Shown: positions 38,130-47,520, numbered from the stretch's first letter. The stretch is 60,437 nucleotides of DNA from a virus (IMGVR_UViG_3300033148_004729:1-60437), one strand, 5' to 3'. The notes: a model not told the origin generated them from the sequence alone. Program-made: numbers and translations.

Positions 38130-39764
38130 ATGATGGGGATGTTGGCAGAGAGCCTCCGGAGCATTATCGAAGGCCCCCTTGGTGAGCACGGAGTCACCAT
38201 CGGCAAGGTTCGTGAGCGCGTTGCGACCATCCGGCAGAATGAGCGCCGGACGGTTTTTGGTGTTTCCATTTTTCGTGATGGTGACGACCGCTACTTCATC
38301 GGCGAGGAATCTGAGCCTGCATCGAAGAAGGGTGCTGCTGAAGCCGTCAAGGGGGCCCTCCAGCAGCAAGGGAGACTTCTTGATGATGATGGGCATGTTC
38401 TTGACGAGAAGCTCTCCTCGGCTGCTCTGAGGGCCATGCAGGACCAGGAGAAGGCCGCACAGGAGCACGAGGCCAAGATCGGCGCTGCTTTCAAGAAGCT
38501 CGGGAAGCGGTATGCCGAAGCTCTTTCGAAGATGAGCGGCAAGGAGTGGAAGGTCGCCAACGCCAGTGCTGACATCTTCAGCCTCGATTCTGACGACAAG
38601 CCCAAGCGGGCTGTCGACATCTACTGGGAGGCTGATCCTGGAACCAACACGGCCACCATCTACATCGAGGGGCCGAAGGGTAAGCGGGAGGTCTACAAGA
38701 AGCAGCGCCTCGCTGACATCCCGAAGAAGAACTACGTTGCGTGGCTCCAGGGAGTTCTCAAGGAGGAGATGAGGGCTATCCTCGGTATGGCCATGATGGA
38801 GATGGCCGAGCCAGAGGTGATCTTCGAGCACGCTGTCATCATCGAAGAGGTCAAGGGCGTTCTGGCCGAGTTCGAGGTCTACAAGAAGCGAGGTTTCGGG
38901 CACGCACCGAACAAGGGTCGCAAGACTCCATCCGTGGTGGGCTCGCTGACGAAGGTCAACGCTCTGTTCAAGCGGCTGTTGCTCACTCTGAAGCGCGGTG
39001 GTGATTTCGACAACGTGATCTGGCTGCTCCGCAAGGAGAGCGTGCCCGAGAGCGACATCAACTACGCGATTCGCCGGCTCCGGATGCCGATGGCTTACGC
39101 CGAGGAGGTGGACCTCGACGGTGACGCGCTTGACGAGGGTGAGTGGGACGAGGCCGAGGAGGCTGATCTCTTCCCTTTTGAGAGCGAGTTGACTCTGGAC
39201 CGCATCGAGGAGTTGACTGGTGAGGGCGGGCACTGGGAGGGTGGAAGCGAAGGCTATCAAGCCTGGTTCAACCGGACCAAGGGCTACGACCTCAAGACCA
39301 TGCGGAAGATGGCCATCAAGCAGGGGTACGCGGACCTGTCCGGAGCTTCCAAGCACTCCGATTACCAGGGCGTTGGCGAAATCATTGGCTATATGCTCAG
39401 GAAGGGTCGCCCGGTTTTTGTCCTCGACGACCAGATCACCCTCAGGCAGAAAAGCAACATCGACTCTTTCACTCTTGGACTGCACATCGGCCTCGGTGAG
39501 GGTCCGGCGCTGGAGCCCAAGGACAAGACGAAGTGGAAGATGAAGCAAATCTCTTCGGCAAAGACCAGACGCAAGGGTTGGCGCGTTTGGGTCACGAAGG
39601 TTGGAGCAAGAGAGCTTCCGAGCAAGGTCGTTCAGCCGAAGGGTTTCGGCAAGAAGTCCGTGGGGTCAGAGCGACGTGCGGTCAACAGGTTGGCTGCCGA
39701 GCCTGACCATGATTTCACCAAGACGAAGATCGTACCGAAGCGCCGGGTCCGAGCCGCTTCCTGA
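38130..39764 (+). CDS. Putative capsid-internal multi-domain protein
   Basis: Leader MMGMLAESLRSIIE; domains separated by acidic linkers (VLDE, ALDE). Confidence 0.6.
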   Translation: MMGMLAESLRSIIEGPLGEHGVTIGKVRERVATIRQNERRTVFGVSIFRDGDDRYFIGEESEPASKKGAAEAVKGALQQQGRLLDDDGHVLDEKLSSAALRAMQDQEKAAQEHEAKIGAAFKKLGKRYAEALSKMSGKEWKVANASADIFSLDSDDKPKRAVDIYWEADPGTNTATIYIEGPKGKREVYKKQRLADIPKKNYVAWLQGVLKEEMRAILGMAMMEMAEPEVIFEHAVIIEEVKGVLAEFEVYKKRGFGHAPNKGRKTPSVVGSLTKVNALFKRLLLTLKRGGDFDNVIWLLRKESVPESDINYAIRRLRMPMAYAEEVDLDGDALDEGEWDEAEEADLFPFESELTLDRIEELTGEGGHWEGGSEGYQAWFNRTKGYDLKTMRKMAIKQGYADLSGASKHSDYQGVGEIIGYMLRKGRPVFVLDDQITLRQKSNIDSFTLGLHIGLGEGPALEPKDKTKWKMKQISSAKTRRKGWRVWVTKVGARELPSKVVQPKGFGKKSVGSERRAVNRLAAEPDHDFTKTKIVPKRRVRAAS

Positions 39765-39769
39765 ACAGC

Positions 39770-39797
39770 TTGACAATCGCCGGTTGTGATATAACCT
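39770..39797 (+). promoter_or_regulatory. Sigma70-like promoter at the start of the accessory region
   Basis: TTGACA-16-TAACCT (overlapping TGaTATAAC); ATG 39805 follows 7 nt later. Confidence 0.6.
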
Positions 39798-39804
39798 CCC
39801 TGGT

Positions 39805-40101
39805 ATGACCGAGGGGGAACCGAGGGTGCCCGAAGAAGGAGAACGTTCTCTTCGGGATGAGCTTGCGGCCGAGCGTGACCGTGCTGATCGTTTCGAAATA
39901 GAGTCCATCATCATGTTGGAGATGGCCTGTCGAACCCGCGAAATTGCTGTCGCGTCCGGTTTTCAGGTCGTGGCGCAGTGCAAGCGATATGTCGAGGAGG
40001 TCAAGCCTCTGTTGGAGGATCGGATAGCTCTGCGCGAAGAGGTCGAACGTCGTCTTGTGAACAAGAGGAATCGTGGGCAAAAACAAGAGAATGAACCTTG
40101 A
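39805..40101 (+). CDS. Hypothetical protein (probably leaderless)
   Basis: ORF begins at the predicted transcription start. Confidence 0.55.
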   Translation: MTEGEPRVPEEGERSLRDELAAERDRADRFEIESIIMLEMACRTREIAVASGFQVVAQCKRYVEEVKPLLEDRIALREEVERRLVNKRNRGQKQENEP

Positions 40102-40465
40102 TGTTTCACATGGAACAACAGTTTTTCCACATGGTATTTGCTCAAGGTGCAAGCAGCGTCCATCCCGTCCCTCTCATCGGTGGTGCAGGGAATGTCACGC
40201 CAAGAACATGAAGGAACGAAGGGCCACGGGAAAGGGCAAGCTGCGGATCCCGGATCTTTGTACCGATGAGGCCATTGTGGAGGCCATTGACGAGATGAAG
40301 CATCGGCTCAGGTCAGGTGCCCCGCTTGGGAAGTGGTCATCCATCAGATCTTCGCTCGATGCCAAGCTCAGGTTCTTCATCATCGACAACGAACTCGACG
40401 GCGACCCCCATATGCACGCCAGCTTGCCGAAGGACCGTGAGGACCCTTCCAAACCGGTGGGGTGA
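40091..40465 (+). CDS. Zn-finger protein
   Basis: CSRC...CRECH. Confidence 0.55.
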   Translation: MNLDVSHGTTVFPHGICSRCKQRPSRPSHRWCRECHAKNMKERRATGKGKLRIPDLCTDEAIVEAIDEMKHRLRSGAPLGKWSSIRSSLDAKLRFFIIDNELDGDPHMHASLPKDREDPSKPVG

Positions 40466-40916
40466 GCTTTCCCCGTGCGCGGGCGCGTGCGGGCGTGTGA
40501 GCTTGCCTGGAAACCTCCTGTGCGCCGAGTGTCATGAGGCCGATGGGGTCGAGCCCCCAGTGGTGGAGCGCGACCTCGACATCCACATTGAGGTGATGGA
40601 GGAGCAGTTCCGTGGCGAGCATCGTTGGCAGGACCGTATCGAGGAGGAGGGCACCCACCCTTGTGGGCTTTGTGAGCGACCCGCACTTCCAGGCCGTATT
40701 TACTGCTCGCCAAGGTGTCGTGGTCGGGCTCCGCGCATCGGAGGGCAGGTTTTCCTCCTTGATGGCATCGAGGCCTCTCTGGTCGAGCATGCTCGTCGGT
40801 TAGGCCTCAAGAAGGACACCGTGATCAAGCGTGTCTCGCGGGGTGTTGATCCCATCGAGGCACTCATGACCCCGCTTGATGACCGACCCCTTTGGGAACG
40901 CCGCCAATCATCTTGA
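40317..40916 (+). CDS. Zn-finger protein with an HNH-type C-terminal HTH; start uncertain
   Basis: CGLC..YCSPRC; LDGIEASLVEHARRLGL...TV.KR..RG.DP.EALMTP. Confidence 0.5.
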   Translation: MPRLGSGHPSDLRSMPSSGSSSSTTNSTATPICTPACRRTVRTLPNRWGELSPCAGACGRVSLPGNLLCAECHEADGVEPPVVERDLDIHIEVMEEQFRGEHRWQDRIEEEGTHPCGLCERPALPGRIYCSPRCRGRAPRIGGQVFLLDGIEASLVEHARRLGLKKDTVIKRVSRGVDPIEALMTPLDDRPLWERRQSS

Positions 40917-40940
40917 CAGACGCAAGTTGTGCGTTATGTT
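40913..40940 (+). promoter_or_regulatory. Promoter of the TTGACAGACG class
   Basis: TTGACAGACGC...TATGTT, 16-nt spacer. Confidence 0.7.
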
Positions 40941-40960
40941 ATGGGTGGAAGGGAGGCGTC

Positions 40961-41248
40961 ATGAACGTGTCTTTTGATCTTGGACCCGTCGTCGCTACTC
41001 CGGCAGCACTCGCCCTGTGCGAGAAGCTCGGAAGGGACCCGAGGGCTCTGATAGCTCGTCACGCCAGGGGGGACTGGGGCGACATCGACCCCGGTGATCA
41101 GGGTGCCAATGAGGAGGCGCTGGAGTGCGGATCTCGCATCTTCTCCGTCTACAAGGTGAAGGGGGAGACGCTGTGGGTGATCACGGATGCTGAGGTTGCC
41201 CCAGGGAAGCGGCAGGCCACGACTCTGCTGCGGCCAGAGGACTACTGA
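40961..41248 (+). CDS. Conserved phage/plasmid hypothetical protein (GDWG...PEDY family)
   Basis: LG.VVATPAA, RH.RGDWG, NE.AL..G.RIFSVY, LWVIT, TTLL.PEDY. Confidence 0.75.
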   Translation: MNVSFDLGPVVATPAALALCEKLGRDPRALIARHARGDWGDIDPGDQGANEEALECGSRIFSVYKVKGETLWVITDAEVAPGKRQATTLLRPEDY

Positions 41249-41262
41249 AGAAGGAGGGTGTC

Positions 41263-41616
41263 GTGACACAAGCCAGGGTGTTTCACGCTGACGAAGGGGT
41301 CGTTCGGGCAAGAGGCGCAAGTGCCTTCGACGGTGAGGCCATCTGGCCAGACGAGTACCGGCTTGTGGCTCGTGTTGACGTACCCGACAGCACCGACGTG
41401 TTGCCACAAGACCAGGCAAATCTGGCATTCCAGAAAACCAACCACATCGAGGAGCCGTGGTGGGAGAACGAGGGCGTCGAGAGGGTCGGTCCAGAAACGC
41501 GCTCAACTTCAGTTGGTGACGTGGTGGTGGTCGGTGAGGTCGGGTTCGTCTGTGATCGCTGTGGTTGGTTGGAGTTCTCCGTTGTTCGACCAAAGCTGAC
41601 CAGCGATCTGTACTGA
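41263..41616 (+). CDS. YodL-like domain protein
   Basis: AF..TNH...RSTSVGDVVV. Confidence 0.6.
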   Translation: MTQARVFHADEGVVRARGASAFDGEAIWPDEYRLVARVDVPDSTDVLPQDQANLAFQKTNHIEEPWWENEGVERVGPETRSTSVGDVVVVGEVGFVCDRCGWLEFSVVRPKLTSDLY

Positions 41617-41630
41617 GAAGGGAGGGCGTC

Positions 41631-42089
41631 ATGGGTATCTACATCTACACGATGCTGCGAAACAAACCGGTCCGGACGGATTTTGGTCCGGTCTATTTAC
41701 AGAAGTACCTCTGCAAGGCTGCGGACCTCGATGATCTCTTCACCGAGGGACGTGGGCTGCTTCAAGCTCGTATCGACCAAGCCCGAGAGACGTGGCTCGT
41801 CGACGAGGACATCTACTTCGTGTTGCCGACTGGTGGCGACTGTGACGTCGCACAGGCTGGTGACAAGGTGTTCCGTGGGACCGCCAACGATGCGTGTGTG
41901 TGGTGCGACTATGATGGTGTGCCCGGTACGTTGCTTGGAGTTCTCGTCGAGCAGGATGGTTGTTGGATGGTCAAGCCACACTGTCGTTTTTGCCGAGGAG
42001 AGGGTCAAGAGGCCGACGATTCCAAAGATGGCGGTTGGGCTCTGTGCCGTGAATGTGAGGGCACCGGAGTTCGTCAGGAGGCGGTGTGA
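41631..42089 (+). CDS. Hypothetical protein with a DnaJ-type CxxCxGxG pair
   Basis: CRFCRGEG...CRECEGTG. Confidence 0.6.
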   Translation: MGIYIYTMLRNKPVRTDFGPVYLQKYLCKAADLDDLFTEGRGLLQARIDQARETWLVDEDIYFVLPTGGDCDVAQAGDKVFRGTANDACVWCDYDGVPGTLLGVLVEQDGCWMVKPHCRFCRGEGQEADDSKDGGWALCRECEGTGVRQEAV

Positions 42090-42442
42090 AGAACTTCACT
42101 TTCTCTCTGTGTTCCGATGCTGAGGCAGGACCGCTCACGGAAGACGGCGAGCCCATTATGCTACTTCGGTGGTTCATCCTTGCCGAGGATGAGAAGGGGT
42201 GCCGTTGGACCTACGATGGTCCAGGGGGGCAGTGGGACCCGACCGTCGACGATAGTCCACCGGATGGAGCCGAGGGCTTGCGTGGTGAGTTCGAGTCGAA
42301 GAAGATCGATCCGTCGAAGAACACACGAGCTTGGGCAGAAGATCTCCCGAGGTACGGTTCTGAGGCGTGGGACGATAACGCCGAGTACGGGTTGGCCTGT
42401 GAAGAGGCTGATGCTCTTGGAACCACGCGGCCCGAGTGGTAG
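42086..42442 (+). CDS. Hypothetical protein
   Basis: SD GGAGG, GTGA overlap. Confidence 0.55.
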   Translation: MKNFTFSLCSDAEAGPLTEDGEPIMLLRWFILAEDEKGCRWTYDGPGGQWDPTVDDSPPDGAEGLRGEFESKKIDPSKNTRAWAEDLPRYGSEAWDDNAEYGLACEEADALGTTRPEW

Positions 42443-42571
42443 GAGGTGCATGGCCAGGATCACACTGAAGAAGTTCGTTCTGATGGGGGCAACGATGCTT
42501 GTTGCCATTGGGTGCAGGGCGGTAGGGTTCGTCCGGGACATCATTGCCGGAGATCGAAAAAGGAGCAGGAG

Positions 42572-42766
42572 ATGTGGGAGTTCGCAGCACAGCACCCGAT
42601 CTGGTTCTTCTTTTACCTCGTGACGGTTTGCCTGAGTATCATGGTGATCGCGGCGAGCTTGTTTTCTACTGTCAGGTTTGTCTTTGTCGATCTTCTTCGT
42701 GACAAGGGCGGGGATGATGGTGGTCCTGATGGTGGAGTTGAGTCGGATCCAGAGACTTCCGACTGA
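42572..42766 (+). CDS. Small membrane protein
   Basis: SD AGGAG; one TM segment. Confidence 0.45.
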   Translation: MWEFAAQHPIWFFFYLVTVCLSIMVIAASLFSTVRFVFVDLLRDKGGDDGGPDGGVESDPETSD

Positions 42767-42848
42767 GGTTGGGCTCGATACCAACAAGAAAGTGGCCTCC
42801 TCAAGGCATTTGCGGCCACTGCACTGACCTCGTGCTATCATCCTGGCG

Positions 42849-43076
42849 ATGGAGATAGGTGACCGCTTCGGCAAGTGGGAGGTCATCTCCTTCGATGCCA
42901 AGAGATACCGGGGCCATATCCAGGTTGTAGTCAGGTGTGAGTGCGGGGGCGTCCGTGCCATACCTCGAAGCTACCTCACCCGGAACGAGAGGCCGAGTCG
43001 TCAATGTCAGGTGTGTGCCAGAAAAGCATGCGCTGCACTCCGCTTTGGGACACGAAAACCTCCGCTTGACGCTTGA
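42849..43076 (+). CDS. Stand-alone HNH-associated N-terminal Zn module
   Basis: IGDRFGKWEVI...VRCECG...CQVC, like the repeats in the HNH at 4955. Confidence 0.6.
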   Translation: MEIGDRFGKWEVISFDAKRYRGHIQVVVRCECGGVRAIPRSYLTRNERPSRQCQVCARKACAALRFGTRKPPLDA

Positions 43077-43101
43077 CAAACCCCTCTTGTGGGCCAATGA
43101 T
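43073..43101 (+). promoter_or_regulatory. Sigma70-like promoter (leaderless for 43108)
   Basis: TTGACA-17-AATGAT; ATG follows closely with no SD. Confidence 0.5.
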
Positions 43102-43107
43102 TGAATT

Positions 43108-43425
43108 ATGACGGTTGAGGTGCAGGTACACCTTGCCAAGTACATCCCAAACGCGCGACGCAACGAGCCAAAGAATTTTGGCCTGTGCGTTCTGGCGGGG
43201 ACTGGGGAGTTCAGCTTCAGGTTTCGGTCTGACCCTCATGAAGGGGGCAACCGTGGTGAGTACAAGGAGCTTGTGAGGAAGTGGACCGAGGTCTTGGACA
43301 AGTACGGACCGAAGGCCCTCTCGTGGGTGGGGAAACGGAGGGGGACCTACTACATCGAGTCTGCATACGGAGAGATGGTGCAGGGTTTCGACTTCGAGAA
43401 GTTGTACGAGGAGCTTGTGCTATGA
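43108..43425 (+). CDS. DUF3037-like protein
   Basis: KYIPNARRNEPKNFGLCV...FEKLYEELV. Confidence 0.5.
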   Translation: MTVEVQVHLAKYIPNARRNEPKNFGLCVLAGTGEFSFRFRSDPHEGGNRGEYKELVRKWTEVLDKYGPKALSWVGKRRGTYYIESAYGEMVQGFDFEKLYEELVL

Positions 43426-43664
43426 ACAGCATGGCTACAGCGGACCAGTCGAGCAGGTACGAGATCGTCGATACCGTGATCGTTGAAGGTTGCCCGGGAT
43501 GCCTCCTGCAAGAGGCCTGCTCAGGCGAATTCGTGGTATCGGTCGACATCGACGACGAGCACGTTTGCACTGTGCGCGGCAGGGACCGTGATCAGGTGCT
43601 TCGTGGCGTCCGAGATGCCGTGAGGAAGATCGTCGGATTCGTACCGAGAACGGCAGCGGCTTGA
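43422..43664 (+). CDS. Hypothetical protein
   Basis: ATGA overlap with the upstream gene. Confidence 0.5.
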   Translation: MNSMATADQSSRYEIVDTVIVEGCPGCLLQEACSGEFVVSVDIDDEHVCTVRGRDRDQVLRGVRDAVRKIVGFVPRTAAA

Positions 43665-43915
43665 CCATGGCAGGTAACGGGACCGTGGAGTTCGTGAGTG
43701 TTGCCCGATTGCGGGCCATTCATGACCTTCACCCACCGTTGTCATGGGATCAGGTCTGGTCTTCACATCTCGCACCAACGGAACCTCGGGAGCCCCGAGG
43801 CGAGATGGAGATGCTCGTCCTGAAGAGTCGAGTTCGTGACCTTATAGAGGAGGGCTGCACGTCGGTGTAGACCTTCGTTTTTTGCCCCCGCAGCAGGAGC
43901 AGCCGGAGAGGGAGC

Positions 43916-44284
43916 ATGGGGCCCCATTGTTGCCACGCCAATGGATGTGAGGACCCGGATATTCATCCGGACATTCCTTTTTGCAAATACCACTTCGAGA
44001 TGCTGCCGGTTGGCCACCGGAACAAACTCTGGCAGCTCAGGCCAGCTCAGGGGTGTGGTGTCTGCAATCCGAGGTCGGCGATGCCCGAGTGGCTTAGTCT
44101 CGCCAACCTTGGCATCGTGCTCCTCTGCCGCATCGAGTACGGGCGCCATGGTTGCCCCAAGCACCTGTTGGATCACAAGGGCTTCTGTTGGGGCTGTGGT
44201 TGCAATGACGTGCCGCGCGCCTACGAGGTGGCAGAGGCCGTTATCAGGAAGTACAACTTGCCCGTGATGGAGGACCCGGTATGA
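43916..44284 (+). CDS. Cys/His-rich hypothetical protein
   Basis: CHANGC, FCKYH, CGVC, CWGC. Confidence 0.6.
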   Translation: MGPHCCHANGCEDPDIHPDIPFCKYHFEMLPVGHRNKLWQLRPAQGCGVCNPRSAMPEWLSLANLGIVLLCRIEYGRHGCPKHLLDHKGFCWGCGCNDVPRAYEVAEAVIRKYNLPVMEDPV

Positions 44285-45132
44285 GCGACGAAAAGTGGAC
44301 GGACCCAATCATTGTCGACGAGGATACGCCGCATCCCATCTGGTTCGCGAAGGCCGCGTTTCAGCTTGGTCACGACTCCATCGTCCGTAAGGTCGAGGAC
44401 GGTAGCTACGAGATCCGTCTTCCGAGGGAGCCGACGGAAGCACAAGACGAGATCACCGAACGCGCCATCTGGCTCAAGGAGAGGGATGCCAAGGGGCTTC
44501 CGGTGGATCCACTTCCGAGTGGCCGGTTTCCAGATGACCTTGAAGAGTTCGGCGACCAGATTCCGGTGGTCATCGTCGCTGACACAGAGCGCGTCGAGGT
44601 CTACATCGACTTCGCGCGACCTATCAAGGCACTCGGTGTCAGTCCGGCCATGGCGCGAACCATCGCGTTGAAGCTCAATCAGGTGGCTGACCTCATCGAC
44701 CCCGACGGGTCCCTCGGGATGCAGAACCCAGCTTCAGTCACCATCGGGCACATCAGGGTTCCGGGTTCCGTCGTTATCAAGGAGGGCAACGTCATCGTTC
44801 CGGGGCTCATGGATGACCTCAGGGTGCATGGTGATCCCATGGAAGAGGTTGAGGCGCGTGAAGAGACCTTGCAGGAGTTCCCCGTCGTCGGCATTTGTGG
44901 TGCGGACGCTTGCAATGAAGCACAGTATGGGACTCCGAGCGGCCCGGTTTGCAGGTGGGGTCACGGTGGCGCCAAGACATTCAAGCCGTGTTGGGCCTGC
45001 ACGTACGACGAGCTTGAAAAGGATGCCGAGCACTGCAAGTGTGGGCGTTCGATCAAGGACAACGCCGAGGCACTCGATTGTGATGCTTGGACGGTTGACC
45101 CGTTCGCCATCAAGAGCGTTGGAGGAGGTTGA
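44281..45132 (+). CDS. Hypothetical multi-domain protein
   Basis: Contains IDFARPI..L...P..A, related to 45134-45373; Cys-rich C-terminus. Confidence 0.6.
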   Translation: MSDEKWTDPIIVDEDTPHPIWFAKAAFQLGHDSIVRKVEDGSYEIRLPREPTEAQDEITERAIWLKERDAKGLPVDPLPSGRFPDDLEEFGDQIPVVIVADTERVEVYIDFARPIKALGVSPAMARTIALKLNQVADLIDPDGSLGMQNPASVTIGHIRVPGSVVIKEGNVIVPGLMDDLRVHGDPMEEVEAREETLQEFPVVGICGADACNEAQYGTPSGPVCRWGHGGAKTFKPCWACTYDELEKDAEHCKCGRSIKDNAEALDCDAWTVDPFAIKSVGGG

Positions 45133-45133
45133 C

Positions 45134-45373
45134 GTGGACGAGGAGAAGACGGAATCAACAGAAGCCCAAACTGAGGGCAAGCTTGGTCTTGAAGTGTCGT
45201 GCGGAGCGGGTGTTGTGAAGCTTGATTTTGGAAGGCCGATCCGATGGATTGCTCTTCCGCCTGACCAGGCCTTTGCGCTTTCCGTCATTCTTGCCCAGCA
45301 CGCGGGGACTGCTCAGGCAGCTCTCGAAGAGAAGACTCCGACAATTGTTGGGCCTGATGGCAAGCCGTCGTGA
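45134..45373 (+). CDS. Hypothetical protein
   Basis: EG.L...V....GVV.LDFG.PI.WI.L.P.QA. Confidence 0.55.
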   Translation: MDEEKTESTEAQTEGKLGLEVSCGAGVVKLDFGRPIRWIALPPDQAFALSVILAQHAGTAQAALEEKTPTIVGPDGKPS

Positions 45374-45588
45374 GTAGGCCATTGCTGGCCACTGAGGAGC
45401 CCCAGGAGTGCTCGTCTTGTGGCATCAAGGTCATTGGTAGGTTTGGTGACACACGGGGCTGGCGTGGCATCCAGACGTGCCCAGACGACGCCGAGAGCTT
45501 CAAGTGGTACTGCAACAATCCGTTGTGTCAGGAGAAGTTCGATGAGGTCTACGTCGGGGCCGAGAAGGCCTGGTCTGATGGATCGTAG
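45370..45588 (+). CDS. Zn-finger small protein
   Basis: CSSCG...CNNPLC. Confidence 0.5.
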   Translation: MSRPLLATEEPQECSSCGIKVIGRFGDTRGWRGIQTCPDDAESFKWYCNNPLCQEKFDEVYVGAEKAWSDGS

Positions 45589-45803
45589 AATGGGCAACGT
45601 GTTGCCCATTTTGGGAAGCGTGACGATGCCCATCAGGATGCCAGCGACGACAATCGACGTGAAGGTCGAGGCCCGAGCCACTGGAAGCTACATCATCTTC
45701 GAGACGCCGGACGGACCCATCGAGGTCAGTATCGGAAGCGACATGATGCGAGCCCTTCGGATCATGCAACGGTGCAAGCAGCTTCTAGCGATAAGGGAGA
45801 AGC

Positions 45804-46301
45804 GTGGGTAGACCCAAGAAGACCAGCAAGGCGGTTGAGTGGAAGACCCTGGCGACGCTGACTCAGATGTACGACGAGGCTGGAAAACCGAACCCTGGGC
45901 CAGCTATTCGGACGACCTACTCGAACATCGGTGATCGCACGGTGTACTCGCATACGCCAGGCATCGTTATGGACGATGGGAGCTTCCGGCCGGTGCAGCA
46001 TCTCCATGACCGGCATGGCGAGGTCTACATGCTTCTGTTGATGGATGCGCTTGCGGGGGTCTATGCGGCCAAGAAGACTGGCATTGAGGTCATCGAGGCC
46101 AGCTATGGCCTTTTCGAAAAGTCTCTCAGGAGGTCTCAGGAGACGGACAGCATGCTCAAGAAGGTCGACAGGGCGGCCAAGTCCATCATCGAAGAAGGCC
46201 GCTCCACGTGCCATGCACGGCCCAGGAAGAGGGTTTCGGAGCAGTCCGGACTCAAGGCTTCGCTTGGGGATATGCTGAAGGCAAAGGGGCAAGGAGCATG
46301 A
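45804..46301 (+). CDS. Hypothetical protein
   Basis: Operonic ORF. Confidence 0.55.
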   Translation: MGRPKKTSKAVEWKTLATLTQMYDEAGKPNPGPAIRTTYSNIGDRTVYSHTPGIVMDDGSFRPVQHLHDRHGEVYMLLLMDALAGVYAAKKTGIEVIEASYGLFEKSLRRSQETDSMLKKVDRAAKSIIEEGRSTCHARPRKRVSEQSGLKASLGDMLKAKGQGA

Positions 46302-46750
46302 AGCCTCCATTCCCGTGGCCACCGCCACCACCGAGGCCACCATTCGACCCCAGCAAAATTGTGGTCTACGTGGCTTGTACCAAAGAGCGATTGGACCTCG
46401 CCAGGGAGGCGATGCGATGTGTTGAGGAGGCCGGACATGTCTTGGCCTTCGACTGGACCGAGGCTATTCAGCGCGAAGACAAAATGAGTGACGAGGAGCT
46501 TTCGCTCAGGGCTGCTACCGCCATCGAACATGTCGTTTCGGCCCGTCACCTCATTCTCATCACGGCCGCGGAGATGCGTTCGGTGGGGAGCATCATCGAA
46601 GTGGGGGCTCTCCTCGGGTCCGGTGGCAACGTTATCGTGGTCGAGGAGCACGGTGAATTCGACCACTTCTTCTGCCACCATCCTCGGGTGAAGAAGGTCG
46701 CCACGCTCAACGAGGCCATCGAGTGCATCAGGGACCTTTATGGTGATTGA
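46298..46750 (+). CDS. Nucleoside 2-deoxyribosyltransferase-like protein
   Basis: VYVA, GH....DWT, G...EVGA. Confidence 0.65.
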   Translation: MKPPFPWPPPPPRPPFDPSKIVVYVACTKERLDLAREAMRCVEEAGHVLAFDWTEAIQREDKMSDEELSLRAATAIEHVVSARHLILITAAEMRSVGSIIEVGALLGSGGNVIVVEEHGEFDHFFCHHPRVKKVATLNEAIECIRDLYGD

Positions 46751-46775
46751 CAAACCAACGATGTGACACCATCTT
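46747..46775 (+). promoter_or_regulatory. Sigma70-like promoter
   Basis: TTGACA-17-CATCTT. Confidence 0.45.
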
Positions 46776-46811
46776 GGGTTGATGCGCGCATGAGTGCGCC
46801 GGAGACCTGCG

Positions 46812-47435
46812 ATGACTGTCTGGTTTACGGCTGATCCTCACGTTGGGCACGAGGCCATCATCTCGCATTCGAAGAGGCCCTTCGGGTCCACCGAGGAGAT
46901 GGACAGGGTGATCCTTCGTCATTGGGATGAGCTTTTGAAGCCAGGTGACTACTTCTGCATCCTCGGGGACATCGCGATGAATCGGAGGTGTGTCGAGCCG
47001 ACTCTCGACCGGATCCCGAGGGGGGTCCAGGTTGCGTACATCTTCGGCAACCACGACCATCATCATCGGAGGATTATCGACGCGCACCCGAAGGTTGTGT
47101 GGAGTGGGAGCCTGAAGGAGATCAAGGTCGACGGCCAGCGCATCGTGCTCCTCCACTACGCCATGCGGACGTGGCCATCGTCGCAACATGGCTCGTGGCA
47201 GCTTTTTGGCCATTCCCACGACAAGCTGCATCCGTGGGAGCGCCAGCTTGACGTGGGTGTCGACAGTGCTGCGAAGCTCGTCGGCGAGTATCGGCCGATG
47301 TCCTTCGAGGAGGTCGCACGTTTTATCCACGACGGAGAGAATCCCAAGGTGCTCGCCGGCAAGTTTGGAACCTCGCCAAGTTGGATGGGTGGAGATCATC
47401 ATGAGAGACGGTCCGGATGCCTTGACAGGGGATGA
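46812..47435 (+). CDS. Calcineurin-like metallophosphoesterase
   Basis: WFTADPH.GH, LGD, GNHD, HY, FGHSH, DVGVD. Confidence 0.9.
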   Translation: MTVWFTADPHVGHEAIISHSKRPFGSTEEMDRVILRHWDELLKPGDYFCILGDIAMNRRCVEPTLDRIPRGVQVAYIFGNHDHHHRRIIDAHPKVVWSGSLKEIKVDGQRIVLLHYAMRTWPSSQHGSWQLFGHSHDKLHPWERQLDVGVDSAAKLVGEYRPMSFEEVARFIHDGENPKVLAGKFGTSPSWMGGDHHERRSGCLDRG

Positions 47436-47520
47436 TGGTGGTAGAGTGAGCCACAACCTCAGGACTACCGAGGCACAGGGCGCTGGGCGGGAATGGGTTT
47501 GGCTTCGGGTAGGAGGCTAG

